Positions 51,727 to 62,351 of a DNA stretch of 64,000 nt are shown one piece after another. The translations under genes were made by a program, and so were the position numbers. The notes below the pieces were generated by a model. It was not told the DNA's origin. It did no database searches and was given only the letters and a program-made list of their open reading frames with translations. The first letter of the stretch is position 1. Each line of letters opens with the position of its first letter. The DNA is taken from assembly GCA_036918135.1 (NCBI GenBank), contig JBALDB010000009.1, positions 131,605-195,604 of the forward strand. The letters are read 5' to 3'. The stretch is from Nostoc sp. (lineage in GTDB: Bacteria; Cyanobacteriota; Cyanobacteriia; Cyanobacteriales; Nostocaceae).

Positions 51727-54387
51727 CTAAAACTCCCACGAAATTGTGCCCAACACCGTTAACGGCGCACCGGGATAGATAGTATCTCTTCCCTGGCTAC
51801 TTTCGTAATATTTTTCATCAAAAAGATTCTTGATATTGATTGCAGCCTTCCAATTATTGCGTTTGTAATAAAGTGCTGCATCCGTGCGGAAGTAGCTGGG
51901 TAACACAAAACTATTCTCCAAATCGCCCTGTCTATCGCCCACATAATACAGTCCCAATCCAAATCCCAAACCTTGCAAACTTCCCCGTTGGATTTCATAG
52001 GTTGTCCATAGGCTGGCAGTATTCTTAGCAACGCTTTCCAACAAATTCCCAACTGCATAATCATTGTCTTTGGTGATTTGGGCATCGGTATAAGCGTAAG
52101 AGGCAATAATTTTCCAACCAGTCAGAATTTCGCCAGCGATATCGAACTCAACGCCTCGACTACGTTGCTCTCCAACTTGAATGGAAAAATCAAGATTGTT
52201 GGGATCGGTGGTCAAGACGTTAGTTTTTGTAATCTGGTAAGCAGCCAGGGTTGCAGACAGTCGGTTACTCAAATCGGCTTTGACACCCACCTCGTATTGT
52301 GTACCTTGGGCAGGATCGAATGTAGAACCATTGACTGAAGTACCAATGTTAGGAACAAAAGAACTGCTGTAGCTCGCGTAGAGAGAAATTGCTGGTATCG
52401 GCTGGTAGACAAGACCAACCCGAGGGCTGAAGGCTTGGTCAGATTGACTGGTGCTAGTTGAGGCAAGTAAATTGTCACTTTTCTGCTCTGTAAAATCGAA
52501 ACGCCCTCCGACTAGCAGCTTCAAATTATCCAGTAGGGTAATCTGATCTTGAAGATAAATCCCTAATCTATCAGTGCGATTTTGTCTATTAACAAAAGTT
52601 GTTAAAGGATCGGTAGGGACAACGGTGTTATTCACCGGACTAAAAATATCGATAGGTGACAAAATACCTCTGCTAAAAATCAGCGGACCTTCGCTTCGGT
52701 TTAGCTCTATTCCCAAAAGCGGTTGGTGGATAATTGACCCGGTTGCAAACTTTCCTATAACCTCTGTTTGGAGACTGTAGGTGTCAGTTTCAAATTTACC
52801 ATTTGTAAAATTCCTATCCAAAAACCGATCGTCGATCAAGTCCCCTTGTTCTGCCCGGAAATCATTTACCTTGTTTATAGTAATGGAAAGGGCATTGCGA
52901 AGCTGCCAATTTTTACTAAACTGATGTTCTAATCTATAGCCAGCTCTGTAAGCTGTGGTTTTTGAATCATTTTCTCCTGGAACCCCTAAGAAGCGACTAA
53001 TCGGAATTGGGGCAGGTCTGTTACCAATAGCGACGATGCCTCGATCGAATTGGGTATTATTGTTTAAATACTCAAAATCAAGGTTTAATGTTGTGTTGAT
53101 ACCGATTTTCCAGGTTAGAGATGGTGCGATGAAGATACGTTCGGTGTCAACAAAGTCACGAAAACTCCCGGAGTTTTGGTAAGCAACATTCAAGCGATAT
53201 AACAGAGTTTTATCCGTATTCAGGGGACCAGAGATATCGAATGTGGGACGATAAAAACCGTAGCTTCCTGCGGTGAAGTCAGCAGCGTAATAAGGTTCAC
53301 TCAGCGGTTGCTTTGTGACAAGGTTGATAATCCCACCCGGTTCAGCTTCACCGAAAAGGACTGAAGCTGGTCCCTTGAGTACCTCAACCCGTTCCAAGTT
53401 TGCTATTTCTGATAATGTGAAGAAGTCGCTATCGCGGAATCCATTTCTAAAATTTCCATCCTGCTCAAAACCACGAATGACATAGCGAGCAGCTCCTGTA
53501 CCCCCATAGTTGCCTGCTTGTGTCACGCCACTGACGTTTTGCACTGCATCCTGTAGGCGCACTGCTTTTTGGTCTTGTAACACCTGTCGGGGCACTATTT
53601 GAATTGAGGCAGGAATGTCACGCACGGGTGTATCGGTTTTGGTGGCAGTAGAGGCATTTGGTACACGGTATCCATCCTGCTCGCCCGTCACCACTAACTC
53701 AATCGGTTCATTACCACTAGCTGATGGTTGAGTTGGTTGTGTCTGCAACCCTGGCTGCTGTAGTGGTTGTTGTGTTTGAGGTTGCTGCCCTTGTTGCGAT
53801 CGAGGTGCAGTACTAACTACACTGAAGATCAAACCTTCGTTAGCACTGTCATACAACTTGACAATTGGTACACCCGCTTCACCCGTCACCGTAACTCGGA
53901 TAGTCTTGGCATCAAAGTTAGTGACTGTTATTTCACGAAGACCCGTAATTGGTTTCTCTGAGCGGAATGTATATGCATCGCCACTAGGTAAACGCAATTG
54001 TGCGTTGGGAACGTCAATAATAAAGCTATTGCCAGTAGTGCGATTTAACAGTTGCAACTGTCGCCCACCAAAAGTTTGTAAAATTATTTCCACACCTTGG
54101 GGAGTGGGATTAGCTTTTACTCCTGTCACCTGCACTACTTCACCTTGATTCTGGAGGGAGTTGGTTGGTGTTGGTGACTGTACTAAATATTGAGCACTGC
54201 TGGTAGGACGTTCTATTTCACTAAAGAGAGGAATCTCTCTAATCGTTCTAGAATTGCCTAGTACTTTTGCGAACGCAGTTTTATTTTGTACTTCTTGAGA
54301 GAACACTTCAGCAGCTGCACTAATTGCAACCCACAACCAAACACAACTTGTAGCCAAAAGAATCTTTAATATTTGCCTTAACACCAT
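51727..54387 (-). CDS. TonB-dependent siderophore receptor with AMIN domain
   Basis: ASTATKTDTPVRDIPASIQ, ERVEVLKGPASVLFG, C-terminal SWEF. Confidence 0.95.
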   Translation of the reverse strand: MVLRQILKILLATSCVWLWVAISAAAEVFSQEVQNKTAFAKVLGNSRTIREIPLFSEIERPTSSAQYLVQSPTPTNSLQNQGEVVQVTGVKANPTPQGVEIILQTFGGRQLQLLNRTTGNSFIIDVPNAQLRLPSGDAYTFRSEKPITGLREITVTNFDAKTIRVTVTGEAGVPIVKLYDSANEGLIFSVVSTAPRSQQGQQPQTQQPLQQPGLQTQPTQPSASGNEPIELVVTGEQDGYRVPNASTATKTDTPVRDIPASIQIVPRQVLQDQKAVRLQDAVQNVSGVTQAGNYGGTGAARYVIRGFEQDGNFRNGFRDSDFFTLSEIANLERVEVLKGPASVLFGEAEPGGIINLVTKQPLSEPYYAADFTAGSYGFYRPTFDISGPLNTDKTLLYRLNVAYQNSGSFRDFVDTERIFIAPSLTWKIGINTTLNLDFEYLNNNTQFDRGIVAIGNRPAPIPISRFLGVPGENDSKTTAYRAGYRLEHQFSKNWQLRNALSITINKVNDFRAEQGDLIDDRFLDRNFTNGKFETDTYSLQTEVIGKFATGSIIHQPLLGIELNRSEGPLIFSRGILSPIDIFSPVNNTVVPTDPLTTFVNRQNRTDRLGIYLQDQITLLDNLKLLVGGRFDFTEQKSDNLLASTSTSQSDQAFSPRVGLVYQPIPAISLYASYSSSFVPNIGTSVNGSTFDPAQGTQYEVGVKADLSNRLSATLAAYQITKTNVLTTDPNNLDFSIQVGEQRSRGVEFDIAGEILTGWKIIASYAYTDAQITKDNDYAVGNLLESVAKNTASLWTTYEIQRGSLQGLGFGLGLYYVGDRQGDLENSFVLPSYFRTDAALYYKRNNWKAAINIKNLFDEKYYESSQGRDTIYPGAPLTVLGTISWEF

Positions 54388-54430
54388 TTCCACCCCTACT
54401 CCTACATCTTCACTTGCCACTACTTCTCAA

Positions 54431-54575
54431 TAGACCTCTTGCAATCCCAAAATCAGGTATGTCATTCTGTTCGCGCAGCGTTCCCGCAGGGTACGAAACG
54501 CAGTGGAGAGAAGAATCTCACTAGATGTATCGCTCCGCTTAGTATGACAATTTAAGCATTTATGCAAGAGGTCTA
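54431..54575. mobile_element. MITE with 13-bp TIRs upstream of the receptor gene
   Basis: TAGACCTCTTGCA ... TGCAAGAGGTCTA. Confidence 0.75.
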
Positions 54576-54987
54576 ATCTCACCCCAAAATTCTGCTTTTG
54601 GAACTGGAGTTGTTACACGACTGTACATTGTTTAACCTAATCTGAATATTACCAACTTAATGAGTATAGCTATAAATAAATTTTTGATATAAATCTTAAA
54701 AAGATATTCTTTGGGTTGCTGTTCTGACGCGAGTAACTCATTATTGGGTTACTCAAATTAAATACTGAAGCCGTTTTTAATTAAGAGCGCTTGGAAAAGT
54801 GTTATTTTTTTGTCCCAAGTCTTATGTCAGAGTATCTTTACCAAGTGGAAGATTTTTAACCAGTATTGTTGGTAATATTATCACAATACAATTTATATCT
54901 CTATCTTGAAAGGTAATGTCTACGACAAGCCCTTACGGTCTACGCTCTGTTTGAGGGAAAGTCTGGGGATGCGATCGCTCTATAGAA

Positions 54988-55177
54988 TACATTTACAATC
55001 TCAAGCTACTTTCTCACCGATGCAGCTCTGTACTATCGCAATGATAACTTTAGCGTTGGACTCAATCTCAACAACATATGTGATGTTCGATATTATGAAG
55101 CAAGCTTTGACAATCTCCAAAGAATTATTCCTAGTCGTCTGTATACAGCAGAGTTATCAGTGAAGTGGGAATTTTAA
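54988..55177 (+). pseudogene. Diverged 3' fragment of the TonB receptor at 47218-49830
   Basis: Aligns with 49641-49830 at a constant offset of 5347, with many substitutions. Confidence 0.85.
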
Positions 55178-56187
55178 TGAGAACAACTCATTGGTTAGCC
55201 AAGTGTTTTGTCATATACCTGCCCCTTTCAGGGTTGCTTGCTATGGTAGTGTGGCTAAACGGTTGTTTCTTTTTTAATTACCCAAAAGTTAGTGATTCTA
55301 AGAGTATTTCTTCTTTAAGTCAGGTTCGAGTCGTTCAGCACTTTATGGGTAAGACAATAGTTCCTGCTTATCCTCAACGAGTTGTTGTGCTTAGTGGTAG
55401 TTGTTTAGAAAATGCTTTGGCGTTGGGGATCAAACCTATAGCTGCCTCAAAGTTATTTGTCTCACAATTGCAGCGATTAGTAGGCCCGCTATCAGGTATT
55501 GAAGATGTAGATTGGCTCTCTCCTAGTATCGAAAAAGTCTTGTTTCTCAAACCAGACCTAATTCTTGGTATGCATTTTCATCAAGATATTTATCCACTGT
55601 TATCACACATTGCACCCACTGTTTTGGCTCCTCCTGGAACCACTGGAGCTTGGAAAGAATCTTTTGCTTTCACAGCCAGTGTTCTGGGTAAAACTAAAAT
55701 AGCCCAGCAGGTAATGGATAATTATTATGCACGTTTGACACGGTTTAAAGCAAAAATGGGCGATCGCCTGAACACAACTTTAGTCTCAGTTGCCGAATTG
55801 CGTACTGATGCACTTTGGCTGTGGGCGAAGGCAAGTTTTTCAGGAGTTATTCTCAAAGATGCGGGTGTTGCACGTCCTTACTCTCAAACTTTGGATAGTC
55901 AAGCAACCCTGAGTCTAGGGGGTGGCCCTGCTGCCTATGCTTTATCAGAGGAACTTTTGAGTGAGTTAGATGGGGATATTTTATTTCTAGTATCAGAAGA
56001 CACACTGGGCAAAAGGGATTTATACCCAATACTTGAGCAACTCAAAGCAAAACCGTTGTGGTCAAAGTTGAAAGTCGTCCAACAGGAAAAAGTTCATGAG
56101 GTGGGGTTTTACTGGGTTCAGTTTGGCCCCCTTGCAGCCAATCGGATGATAGACGATTTGGAGCGATATTTAGTTAAACAGCAATAA
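55177..56187 (+). CDS. Iron-siderophore periplasmic binding protein, copy 2
   Basis: Differs from copy 1 at only three C-terminal residues. Confidence 0.9.
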   Translation: MRTTHWLAKCFVIYLPLSGLLAMVVWLNGCFFFNYPKVSDSKSISSLSQVRVVQHFMGKTIVPAYPQRVVVLSGSCLENALALGIKPIAASKLFVSQLQRLVGPLSGIEDVDWLSPSIEKVLFLKPDLILGMHFHQDIYPLLSHIAPTVLAPPGTTGAWKESFAFTASVLGKTKIAQQVMDNYYARLTRFKAKMGDRLNTTLVSVAELRTDALWLWAKASFSGVILKDAGVARPYSQTLDSQATLSLGGGPAAYALSEELLSELDGDILFLVSEDTLGKRDLYPILEQLKAKPLWSKLKVVQQEKVHEVGFYWVQFGPLAANRMIDDLERYLVKQQ

Positions 56188-56215
56188 ACTATTTGAAAGT
56201 TTTTTAGGAGGGATT

Positions 56216-56875
56216 ATGTTGAACTTAAGTGCAATGAGTAATGCAACTATGCAGTCAATTCCCTATAAATGGATTGTATTTGAAAACTTGCTTGACACTT
56301 CAGTACAATCTGAACTAGCAAATAGTTTTGCGACTACAAACTATAAAGAATATCATGCTAGAGACTTTGAGCCAGATGGATACCCAGAATATACATATGA
56401 TGACTACAGGTTTTTTGCACGGTGTATTCTGGATGAAAGTAAGTACAAAGGTCTACAAGATATCAGCGATTTGAGTCTGAGTTGGCAAAAATTGATTGAA
56501 CAACTTCTCACTCCTGATTATCGAGAGGCGATGGAGCATCTTACTAATTTGGATTTGAAAAACCATTCACTAACAATTTATTTAACACGACATGATTTAG
56601 GATTCTGGAACCGTCCTCATACAGATATCCCGCGTAAACATGTAACTCAACTCTTCTATTTCAATGAGGGATGGAACCCAGAGTGGGGAGGGTTTTTTCA
56701 AGTTCTTAAAGATAATCAGACTACTTCTGTAATTCAAGAAGTTCCACCATTGCCGCAATATTCGGTTGCTATTGTCCGTTGCGATCGCTCTTGGCACATG
56801 GTCTCCCCTATTTCCTTGAATGCAACTCAACACCGTTTGCATCTAGCGACTACCTTTTGGCTACCAGAGTCTTAG
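56216..56875 (+). CDS. 2OG-Fe(II) oxygenase, copy 2
   Basis: 13 amino-acid differences from copy 1; HxD...H intact. Confidence 0.85.
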   Translation: MLNLSAMSNATMQSIPYKWIVFENLLDTSVQSELANSFATTNYKEYHARDFEPDGYPEYTYDDYRFFARCILDESKYKGLQDISDLSLSWQKLIEQLLTPDYREAMEHLTNLDLKNHSLTIYLTRHDLGFWNRPHTDIPRKHVTQLFYFNEGWNPEWGGFFQVLKDNQTTSVIQEVPPLPQYSVAIVRCDRSWHMVSPISLNATQHRLHLATTFWLPES

Positions 56876-56931
56876 GTTATTGTTTAGCTTCTGGGGAGAA
56901 TTTTGCTCAAAATACTAATACCTAGATCGCT

Positions 56932-57972
56932 TCATCGCCGCCGCCTTTGATACAGTAAATAGATAAAATAAGGCGCTCCTAAAGCAGCAGTCAGCAAACC
57001 ACAGGGTAATTCCGTGGGAGAAAATAGAGTTCTACCCAAAAAATCTGCTGCTGCTACCAGTAGTCCTCCGCTCAAGGCGGCAACTGATAGTAAATTTTGA
57101 TGTATTGAACCAACGAGTCTGCGTGCCAAATGAGGAGCCATTAATCCAACGAAGGCAATTGTACCTGCGATCGCCACACTTGACCCAGCCAGCGCTACAC
57201 TCACTAACAATAATTTGCTTCTTTGCCATGTGACTCGGCTACCGAGTCCTTTAGCTACCAAGTCACCCAGTTGCAGAGTATCCAGTTCCCGCGCTAGCAG
57301 TAAAGCCAAGGGAACAAAGATAACTATCCAAGGTAGCAGTTGCCAGACTTGCTCCCAACTTTTACCAGCAACACTACCCGCCAACCAGACCAATGCTCTA
57401 GTAACGTCATTGATTTCGCCAAAAGTCAACATCAAGGTAGTGAAAGCTCCCATAATTGCTGCGAGTGCTACTCCCACCAACACTAAGCGCAGAGGTGATT
57501 TTTCTCCCGTACCAGCTAGTAAGTAAATTAAACAGCCCACAATAAAAGCACCGCTAAAGGCAGCAAAGGGCAAATACATAGTAGGTACAGCCGGAAAAAG
57601 TACGATTAAGGTAACAGATGCTAAAGCTGCACCTGCATCTACCCCAACAATACCAGGGTCAGCTAAAGGATTACGCGTCAATCCTTGTAAAATTGTACCA
57701 GCAATTGCTAAACCAACTCCTACCAACCAGGAGATTAACACTCTCGGTAAACGCAGAGTGACAACAACAAAGGGAGATTCTGGATCTTGAGTTGGCAAAC
57801 CAACAACAGCTTTCACTATATCTGCCGGTGGTACAGGATAATCTCCTAAACTAAGACTCATCCCCAAGACTACAAGCGTGAGTAATAGCAGTAGTAACAA
57901 TACTCTAGTTACAGGCTGGTTGCTGAGTATTGAATTTTGAATTTTAAATTTGGAATTTTGAGTTGTTATCAT
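56932..57972 (-). CDS. fecD: Iron-siderophore ABC permease (FecD-like)
   Basis: LRLPRV, LTRNPLADPGIVG, FVGLMAPHLAR, ELPCGLLTAALGAPYF; N-terminal QNSKFKIQNS encoded by an STRR tract. Confidence 0.9.
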   Translation of the reverse strand: MITTQNSKFKIQNSILSNQPVTRVLLLLLLLTLVVLGMSLSLGDYPVPPADIVKAVVGLPTQDPESPFVVVTLRLPRVLISWLVGVGLAIAGTILQGLTRNPLADPGIVGVDAGAALASVTLIVLFPAVPTMYLPFAAFSGAFIVGCLIYLLAGTGEKSPLRLVLVGVALAAIMGAFTTLMLTFGEINDVTRALVWLAGSVAGKSWEQVWQLLPWIVIFVPLALLLARELDTLQLGDLVAKGLGSRVTWQRSKLLLVSVALAGSSVAIAGTIAFVGLMAPHLARRLVGSIHQNLLSVAALSGGLLVAAADFLGRTLFSPTELPCGLLTAALGAPYFIYLLYQRRRR

Positions 57973-58988
57973 CCTCTTTTTAGCCGCCAACGCACTAAAT
58001 ACAACAAAAAGGGCGCTCCTAACAGTGCTGTCATCACGCCAACAGGCAATTCTTGGGGTCTAATTAACCAACGGGCTGCTAAATCTGCCCATACTAGTAA
58101 ACCCGCACCAAACACAGCTGCACCAGGCAATACCCAACGATAATCAACACCCATGACTCCCCGCGCCAGATGCGGAACTACTAGACCCACAAAGCCGATA
58201 GGCCCTGCTAATGCGACAGCGCTTCCTGTCAAGATGACAATGCTCGATGCTGTTGCCAACTCGATCCAACCTGTTTGCTGACCTAAACCTGTAGCTACCG
58301 ATTCTCCTAAACTGAGGACGTTGATTTGTCTACTCAAGGCAAAAGCTGTTAATAACCCGACTATCATCCAAGGCAGCACAGTCAAGAATAGATTGAAGTC
58401 TCGTCCGGCTAGGGAACCTGCTAGCCAGAAGCGGACTTCTTCTAAAGTGCGATCGCTTAAAATTAGTACACCTGTGGTAATTGAAGATAATAAAGCAGTT
58501 AAAGCTGCACCAGCAATAGTCAGATTCAATGGTGTTGAGCCTCCTTGTCCCAAAGAACCGAGGGAATAAACTGCTAAGGCTGCTATTAAGGCTCCGATAA
58601 ATGCTACAAGAGTGATTAAGGCGGGTGTTGATGTACCCAAGCCAAAAACCACTGTCACTACTGCTAAAGCTGCACCTGCATTGATCCCCAAAATTCCTGG
58701 TGCGGCTAGGGGATTTTGAGTTAGTCCTTGCATTAACCCCCCAGCTATAGCCAAACTTGCACCAACCATACTTGCAATCAGTGTACGCGGTAGGCGCATC
58801 GAGCGGATAATTATATGCTCAGTGGAGTCATCATAGTTAGTGAATGCAGTGAGTATTTTGGCAATGGGAATGTCCGCTGCACCGTAAGAAATGCTGGCAA
58901 AAATACCCAATAGTACTACTAATATCCCGATGCCTAAACTGAAAATCCGAATGTAGTATTTTTCAGAGTGAGAAATATTTGTGTTCAT
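57969..58988 (-). CDS. fecC: Iron-siderophore ABC permease (FecC-like)
   Basis: MRLPRT, LTQNPLAAPGILGINAGA, IGFVGLVVPHLAR, ELPVGVMTALLGAPF. Confidence 0.9.
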   Translation of the reverse strand: MNTNISHSEKYYIRIFSLGIGILVVLLGIFASISYGAADIPIAKILTAFTNYDDSTEHIIIRSMRLPRTLIASMVGASLAIAGGLMQGLTQNPLAAPGILGINAGAALAVVTVVFGLGTSTPALITLVAFIGALIAALAVYSLGSLGQGGSTPLNLTIAGAALTALLSSITTGVLILSDRTLEEVRFWLAGSLAGRDFNLFLTVLPWMIVGLLTAFALSRQINVLSLGESVATGLGQQTGWIELATASSIVILTGSAVALAGPIGFVGLVVPHLARGVMGVDYRWVLPGAAVFGAGLLVWADLAARWLIRPQELPVGVMTALLGAPFLLYLVRWRLKRG

Positions 58989-59567
58989 GAATTTGTGACA
59001 AGAGTTAACTTCGTACCTCTGCTTTGGCTAAATTTTATGTATAATTACTAACTGATAACAATAACTGTGCCAATTTAAGAGAGTGAGTTAATATATGAAC
59101 TTCCATTTTTCCAAAGCTAAGCAAAAATAATAGTCCTAAAAATTACTTCCAGGTTTCTCACAAGGTTTTTTTAGCGTACTTCACTAGGATAAAGGGTTTG
59201 AGAGTCCAAACTACTTTATAAGCTAAACGAGCTTATTTTATCAGTATTTTAGCCTTTTTTGTCTCTCTGCAACTTTAATATTACCAACTTAATAAGTAAA
59301 ATAATAGAGAGATTTTTGATACAAATCTTAAAATAGTATTCTTTGGCTTGCTGCCGTGATGGGGAAAACTTATTATTGAACTACTCAAATTGAGTATTAA
59401 TGATGTTTTTAATTAAAATCTTTGGGAAAGTGCTGTTAGGTTGCTAGGGCGAACGCATCATGTCAATAAAATTACTATATTATCAATAAGTCCCAAACTA
59501 ATCTCATTAATGCTTCCATCATCCAGCCAAAACACCTGACCACGCGCTACTGCGTCACCTTCTCACC

Positions 59568-59744
59568 CTACACCTGCAACCAAGCGATCGCATCTTCTTG
59601 TGATTTCCATATCTTCCAGGGTGGTATAGGTTGGGACGGTTGAGGTTGTCCAATCCAAGCTTTCAAAGTGTCGGCGATTTCCTTGCCTGGATTGAAAAAG
59701 GTTTTATCAGACAGTTCTGGACATCTGCTTTTGCTGATTGTCAG
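59568..59744 (-). pseudogene. Possible C-terminal remnant of a phage/plasmid AAA_24 (Sak4-like) ATPase
   Basis: Startless frame LTISKSRCPELSDKTFFNPGKEIADTLKAWIGQPQPSQPIPPWKIWKSQEDAIAWLQV*. Confidence 0.45.
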
Positions 59745-59793
59745 GATTGAGATTCTTCAGGGATGAAAGCAAAGTAAATTTGCTCCCCTGAAG

Positions 59794-61290
59794 TCAAGCT
59801 GTCGCATTTTGGTAGAAAGCTTTCATCTGAGCTAACCAACAAGAGCGCGACTCATCCCAAGTGTAAAACATATGCCCACCTAGAAAATGTTTTACAGTCA
59901 AATTGGGGCGGATTTGAGGATCTAATTTCATCAAATCGGCTAGATGCTTTGAGGCAAAATAAGGAGTAACCAAATCGAACAATCCATGAGCAATGTACAC
60001 TTGCATATAAGGGTTCAAAGCCATCCCCACGCGCAGATCGTCCACTGAGCCTAGAAAACCCTGCTTGAACTCGCCTTTGAGCTCGAATTTCCAAGCTTTG
60101 AATGTTTCCAAATTCAGCAGATGGTAAGACAAGTCGGTTTCAACACCTAACGTGTCCCGTAAGTGACTATTGATTGCCCCGCTAAACAAACGATCCAACC
60201 CATCAAGGGTGGGATCGCTGCCTTCGTAGTTCACGCGAGCGGGAAAGGGATCGATAGCCGTAATTGAGGCGTCGTACAGTCCTACAATTCGCTGTCGATC
60301 TCGCAACAGTTCCCTGGCAAAGACTTCAATGCCGATCCTTCCTGCAAGTCTTTCAACGAGTTCAAAGGGCAAGCCAATCAATCCTGCCATCTGCTCATAA
60401 GCAATTTGGCGCTCATCGGATGTCATGGCATCTCCCATTGCCAGAAGTGGAATTAAGGTTGTGCGAGCAAATTGTTCTGCTGCTGCTATGTGAGCTTGTA
60501 AATTGCCCTGCTCTGCTGCCCATTGGACGCGGTTATGATGAGCGGCACTAGCCGCAAACGAAGGAATCAAAGTTGCCCAAGCGGTGAGATTGTAATCGCT
60601 ACCAGCCAGCAGACTGAACTCTAAAGCAGGAGAGATCGCAATAGCACCGCAAAGACCGACACCAAATTCCTGTTGCAGCTTGCGGGCTAACCTAGCAACC
60701 CGAAAACCACCGTAACTTTCTCCGGCAATAAAGATAGGTGAAAGCCACCGCTGATGACGAGAAAGAAATCGCCCAATGAATTCTCCCAGTGCTTTTAAGT
60801 CTCGCTCAACTTCCCAGAATTCTGTCTCCTTGGATTTGTCTGCTTCTTGGGAATTGGCTTTCTCAGTTTGTTTAGTATCCTTATCATCTTGAGGTAAACT
60901 ACGGCTAAAGCCTGTGCCAATCGGGTCAATGAACACCAAATCTGTAAAGCTTAACCAACTTTCAACATTGTCCACTACCCGAACTGGAGGTTTGGGCAGA
61001 CTACCATCAGCTCCGAAATAAACGCGCTTTGGCCCTAATGCTCCCATGTGCAGGTAAGCGGAAGCTGCTCCTGGGCCACCGTTGAAGACGAAAGTCAGCG
61101 GTCGTGGTGTAGCTTGTTCCACTTTGGCTAAATAAGCCACATGGAACATTTCCGCAACAGGTTTTTCATTCTCTAGCAAAGTTTGCCATTCTGCAAAAGC
61201 AGTGTAGCGAATTTGGCGATCCTCAAGCGATAGCGTTTGCTCAGTTACACTTGACTTGCGATTGACGGGTGAGTTAGGAGTATCAGGCAT
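59794..61290 (-). CDS. Peptidase S10 serine carboxypeptidase
   Basis: FNGGPGAAS, FIDPIGTGFS, GESYGG, DLVTPY, GGHMFY. Confidence 0.93.
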   Translation of the reverse strand: MPDTPNSPVNRKSSVTEQTLSLEDRQIRYTAFAEWQTLLENEKPVAEMFHVAYLAKVEQATPRPLTFVFNGGPGAASAYLHMGALGPKRVYFGADGSLPKPPVRVVDNVESWLSFTDLVFIDPIGTGFSRSLPQDDKDTKQTEKANSQEADKSKETEFWEVERDLKALGEFIGRFLSRHQRWLSPIFIAGESYGGFRVARLARKLQQEFGVGLCGAIAISPALEFSLLAGSDYNLTAWATLIPSFAASAAHHNRVQWAAEQGNLQAHIAAAEQFARTTLIPLLAMGDAMTSDERQIAYEQMAGLIGLPFELVERLAGRIGIEVFARELLRDRQRIVGLYDASITAIDPFPARVNYEGSDPTLDGLDRLFSGAINSHLRDTLGVETDLSYHLLNLETFKAWKFELKGEFKQGFLGSVDDLRVGMALNPYMQVYIAHGLFDLVTPYFASKHLADLMKLDPQIRPNLTVKHFLGGHMFYTWDESRSCWLAQMKAFYQNATA

Positions 61291-61974
61291 CTGGTAGTAG
61301 TTTGCCCTGCGGGCAATGCAGACTGGTAGTAATGTCAGACCATTTGGATAAGCTTATTGTGTTTTCAAAGTGAAATAATTTATTGAATGTTTCATTAGAG
61401 TTTGCAATTATTTGTATAAATTCGCTTCGGCTAATTAATTCTTATTAAAAATTAAGATGCGTTGGTCATGAGGTGATGGTTGAGATTGAGGAGAATGAAC
61501 TGAAAAAGTTTGGAGTAAAGCGACTTGATTACCTAAAAAGCGTTATTTCATTGTTTTATGGACATTTACGACCTCATCCATTATTGGGGTTTTCAAATGA
61601 GCGATCGCTAAAACTGATTTTTCCTTGATGCTAGTTAAGCGAAGGTATGTAATGGATTCTTGTGGATTAAGTCCTGCCACAACAAATTTGTCCATTGGCA
61701 GTAAATCATTGCTACTGGGCAATGCTCCTGCTTGCTACTTTGAATAAAGTACGTGTTGTTGGATGAGCAAAATACAGCAGTTTTGATTTGCATTAAGTAC
61801 AGAGTTAATGGTTTTGAGGCAGGAGGCAGAAGGCAGCTATGCTGGAGGGAAAAGAATAATTTCTATATTGAATTCTCCAGTTGTGTACCTCATTTATTTG
61901 CAAACTGCTGTAATTAATGACAACGCAACCAACTCCATATTTTTGGGACATAAAAAAAATTAGACCCAGCCCGA

Positions 61975-62253
61975 ATGCAATTGATTTGTGGGTTTGTTGA
62001 TACATATTTACGCCTGGATACAGCCGAAGATCAAGCTTTCCAAGCGACAATCAGTACAATGGGATTAACGCAGCAGGAGGAAGTTATGGAGATTGTTACT
62101 AGTTGGGGAGAAAAAGCTGCCCAAAAAACAAGACAAGAGATTGCATTGAATCTACTCAAAAGAGGAATGATTGTGCAAGAAATTGCACAAATCACGGGTT
62201 TAACTGTAGAGCAAGTTATTCAGCTACAAGCACAGTTAACTCAAGAGAATTAA
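61975..62253 (+). pseudogene. C-terminal portion of an Rpn/YhgA-like (PD-(D/E)xK) protein
   Basis: MQLICGFVDTYLRL...EEVMEIVTSW...IALNLLKRGM...IAQITGLTVEQV; no upstream nuclease domain. Confidence 0.7.
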
Positions 62254-62351
62254 TAGGTAAGTGTAGATAAAGCTTTAGAGGTTGTTCTTAACCTGTTATG
62301 ATGTTCTTGACAGTGACTCAAAGCAAATTATCACTAACCAGCATAACAAGC

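Noticed and set aside
54906..55163. 85-aa ORF
   Set aside because: Off-frame reading of the duplicated receptor tail (mirrors 49532-49723)
44463..58988. Siderophore biosynthesis cluster
   Set aside because: Only uptake, regulatory and oxygenase genes; no NRPS or NIS synthetase
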